Positions 60,980-64,000 of a stretch of 64,000 bases of DNA are shown in pieces. Below the pieces are notes generated by a model. It was not told where the DNA came from. It saw only the letters and a program-made list of their open reading frames with translations, and searched no databases. Both the position numbers and the translations under genes were made by a program. Source of the stretch: Lepidodermella squamata (Eukaryota; Animalia; Gastrotricha). Every line of letters begins with the position of its first letter. Positions within the stretch are counted from its first letter, which is position 1. The stretch covers positions 310,001 to 374,000 of the forward strand of contig JBLDXI010000048.1 in the NCBI GenBank assembly GCA_047495785.1, in the 5' to 3' direction.

Positions 60980-63900
60980 ATGATTCGCTTGTTGTCTTTT
61001 CTTGCGTTGATCAACTTGGCGGCGTGTTCGCAGTGGATCCGCTGCTTCTCGCAGTTCGATAACACGTTTGTTCGATGCCGCAAGACCAGCAAAGGTTGCC
61101 ATCAATTACGCGAATTTCAGGTAAATTCCCAACATTACTCGTTCAATTTTTCTTAATTTTGGGCGAAACCTGCCGAAGGTTTAAAATCGTCTCAAAAATC
61201 TTTTTAAATATCAGAAAAGTGGGACATGATTTTCCGACAAATATTTTAAATTTTTTGAAATTTTTACCTGATTTTTGACAAATTTAATTGTTTACGCTGA
61301 TTTTTTACGCCGCATATTTGTTTTTTTTCCCACAATAAAACCTTCCCTCTGTAGAGTCGATTCGCAAATAAGTAATCGATAATTTTGTCGATTATTCCGA
61401 TCGATAATTTGGCCAACAACTAGGTATTGTGTTGTCCCAAAACGATATTCAGAAGGCTGGAATTTTTTTAAGGGAAAATTGATAATTGCCGATGAATGCT
61501 GATGAGACAGATGAAAAAAAACTAAATTTTCCAATATTTGTATTCCCGCCTAAAAGAGCTATTTTGTCCAAAATTATCTCGCGTTATGCGATAACTTGAA
61601 TGTTTTGTTTCTACCAACACGGCATAGGACGGTGCGCCGTTTCCGAACGTAACATCTTGCAGCCAAGGGGTTAAGTTTTTTTTCAACAATTCTTATTTAT
61701 TTCCAATATAACGTCATTTCCGCCGTTAATAGTACGCTCGGATGTGCTACAAATATGCCGCGTTGACGCCGGTGTGCAAGCCAGGCTGGCACAGCTGCAA
61801 AACCGGCGAGATCGTACGTTCTAAATTCGCATATCAATTCTTAGATCGCTTCATATCAATTTTTCACACAGGAAGTTGCGGAGGTTCGAGGATCTGACTT
61901 TCTTGGCGAAAACCTGCGCGCCTGCCGCGATGCGATTGAAACGTCTTTTCAGGTAAGTTGTTCACATTTTCTGAACATATATTCACTTCTAGCTGTTTGC
62001 AGAATCAATTTTTCACACCTTGCCGCAATGCTCAAGGCCAACTGGTGGCTTGCGTACCAGCCCTGGACCCCCTAAAGTTCGGCAAGCTGTGCCCGGCTAA
62101 TACGGTAAAAAAAGGACGAATTTTCAATATAAAATTGGAGCAAAGGATTTGAGGAATAGAGTCTACAAAAGTAGTGAAAAGGGATTAGAAAGAGATTTGC
62201 TTTTGCTTTTTCAGGTTATGCGACATTTCAGCAACGACATTTAAGCAGCGAAAAATTCGACTTTTTATCAATCGATTTTTTCGCAATTTTTTTCTGCCGC
62301 ACTGGCTTCTTCAAAAATATATTAAAAATCTGAAAATATTAAACGCCCTTAAGTTGCTTTATCCTTGGCTTTATCTATTAGCGATATAAAATGTGCAAGG
62401 TCCAGTTCAATAATTAATTTTTCGAAATAATTTTTATAGATCGCCGGCGCTTACTACGAGGATTTTGCGAAGTGTGTCGACGGCCAGAGTAAGATTTAAT
62501 TCATAAAATTGAATCTCATTTTGGGTTAAAAAAGCTGCATTATTCAAATAGTTAAAGTTCCGGTCGATGAGAAGCCGCACATTCGATGCTTTGATTCTTC
62601 GACTCGGAAATTCACCGATTGCCGGCCGGTCAGTTCGGGGTGTTTTGCCGCTAACGAAACGGGCCAATACTCGCCATACTCGTTCATCAACAAAAATACG
62701 TGCCTGAAATGGGTAAGTCACCGCTGGGAAAAAATCTGCATTATTTCTAGAATTCGAAGCTTGATCGTGTTCGAAATGCGGGCGAACTCCCGAATACAAG
62801 CAACATTATCCATGATTTATTTTAGATTAAAAAGGGCAAAATTAACAAAAAAGTGTCGATCTCAAAATGATGTAGAAAATCAACAAAATAATCGATTTTC
62901 AGAAACAGTTCAGCCACTGTTGTTTTGGGCTTCTCTATAAGTGTAATTTTCATTTGTCGAAGTCTAGGGTAAATAAGAAATAAGGAAAAAAACATTTGCA
63001 CGGCGTTAAATCATTGCTCTTTTTACTAACACTTGTTTTCACGCCTGTTTGTGCACACCCCTTATGGTTTTCGAATTTCTGGTCTTCACTAGAATCTAAA
63101 AAATTGTTTATCATGCCCAATCGATGGACCTTCATATTACGCTCATTTCGCACTATGAGCGGTCAGTTTACGAATTATACTTCATCCTATGGAGCCGATA
63201 TCGATTCCAAGTATCGATTTTACAAATCAGTGATTTTCCCGATATCAGCCGTCTTGGAACCCAACATTGATTATTTTTCTACGTAGCACCATGTAGCTAG
63301 AATAAAAAGCCTAGGATCAGGGAAGGCATCAGTATCGATCAAAAACCGAAAACGCCGAAATCTTAAGGAATCTTAAACATTTAGTGCTGGAACCTCATTT
63401 TTAGCGGTGGAAATATGTGGACCCGATAATCTCTGAGAATAGTCTATACACCTATTTGTTAACGTATTTCAGAGTGCTGTGAAATGTCTAAGAGCTGGTG
63501 AAAAGTTTTGCTACAGCCATTGCCCGCGCGACTCGCTTCGTGTAAGTTTCCTGCAATTATACCGAAATCGCAGTAACCTTTATCTATTTCTTTCAGCTGA
63601 AAGTGTTCTCGAACTCAAAGGCGTTTGCCATTAATTACAACAACTGCGTTACCGATGTGCCCGTTCCGGTAATTGCTTTGCTCTTTATATTCATCCTTAA
63701 TTATCACTAAGTATCTATCAAGAAAGGGCACCTAAATATAAAGATTGAACCTTTCTGTATCCTGTATCATAGCTGAGCTGCATGAATGGTGGTATTTACG
63801 TTTCGCTGACTGAGTCCTGTAAGTGCCCGAAAGGCACATCGGGCACGCTTTGCCAACTAGGTATTTTAGCCTTACTGATTGCGAATCAGACATTGCAGTT

Positions 63901-64000
63901 TGCTATCCCATAGGAACGCCTCTCATCGTTTGCGCAAACGGTGGTGTGCTGTACAACGAGACGTCTTGTAGCTGCCCGGTCGGGTGGATAGGCAACAACT
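60980..64000 (+). CDS. Secreted Cys-rich / EGF-repeat protein with many small exons, truncated by the window end (may be more than one gene)
   Basis: Signal peptide MIRLLSFLALINLAACS, Cys-rich micro-exons, EGF-like CMNGG...CKCPKGTSGTLC and CANGG...CSCPVGWIG near the end. Confidence 0.6.

Noticed and set aside
1-64000. CRISPR arrays, rRNA or tRNA genes, and the many antisense ORFs overlapping real genes
   Set aside because: No repeat-spacer array or structural RNA gene was recognised by eye. The antisense and alternate-frame ORFs are shadows of GC-richer coding exons.

Overview
Eukaryotic DNA from a compact, AT-rich invertebrate (bilaterian-type) genome with many 40-60 nt spliceosomal introns. 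Contents from left to right: two IRG/IIGP-like GTPase genes separated by a palindromic Penelope-like retroelement (12-bp TSD, hammerhead motifs); an Nk2.2 homeobox gene; three tandem genes for secreted 8-Cys peptides with a truncated LINE between the first two; an Msxlx-like homeobox gene; a candidate antimicrobial-peptide precursor; three intronless alpha-arrestins with a miniature palindromic Penelope remnant; an NmrA-like gene; an intronless virus-like pair (AEP primase fragment plus a 2H/PTP/kinase/ligase RNA-repair fusion); a neprilysin; a class C GPCR; and a secreted EGF-repeat gene running off the right end. The main finding is at 48-59.4 kb: an uninterrupted cluster encoding an apparently complete, non-canonical ubiquitin-like conjugation pathway (divergent UBA1-type E1, a divergent UBL with a C-terminal propeptide, a divergent E2 and two USP proteases), arranged like an operon. 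Exon models were built by hand from GT/GC-AG sites and reading frame. Family assignments rest on recalled motifs; no database searches were run.
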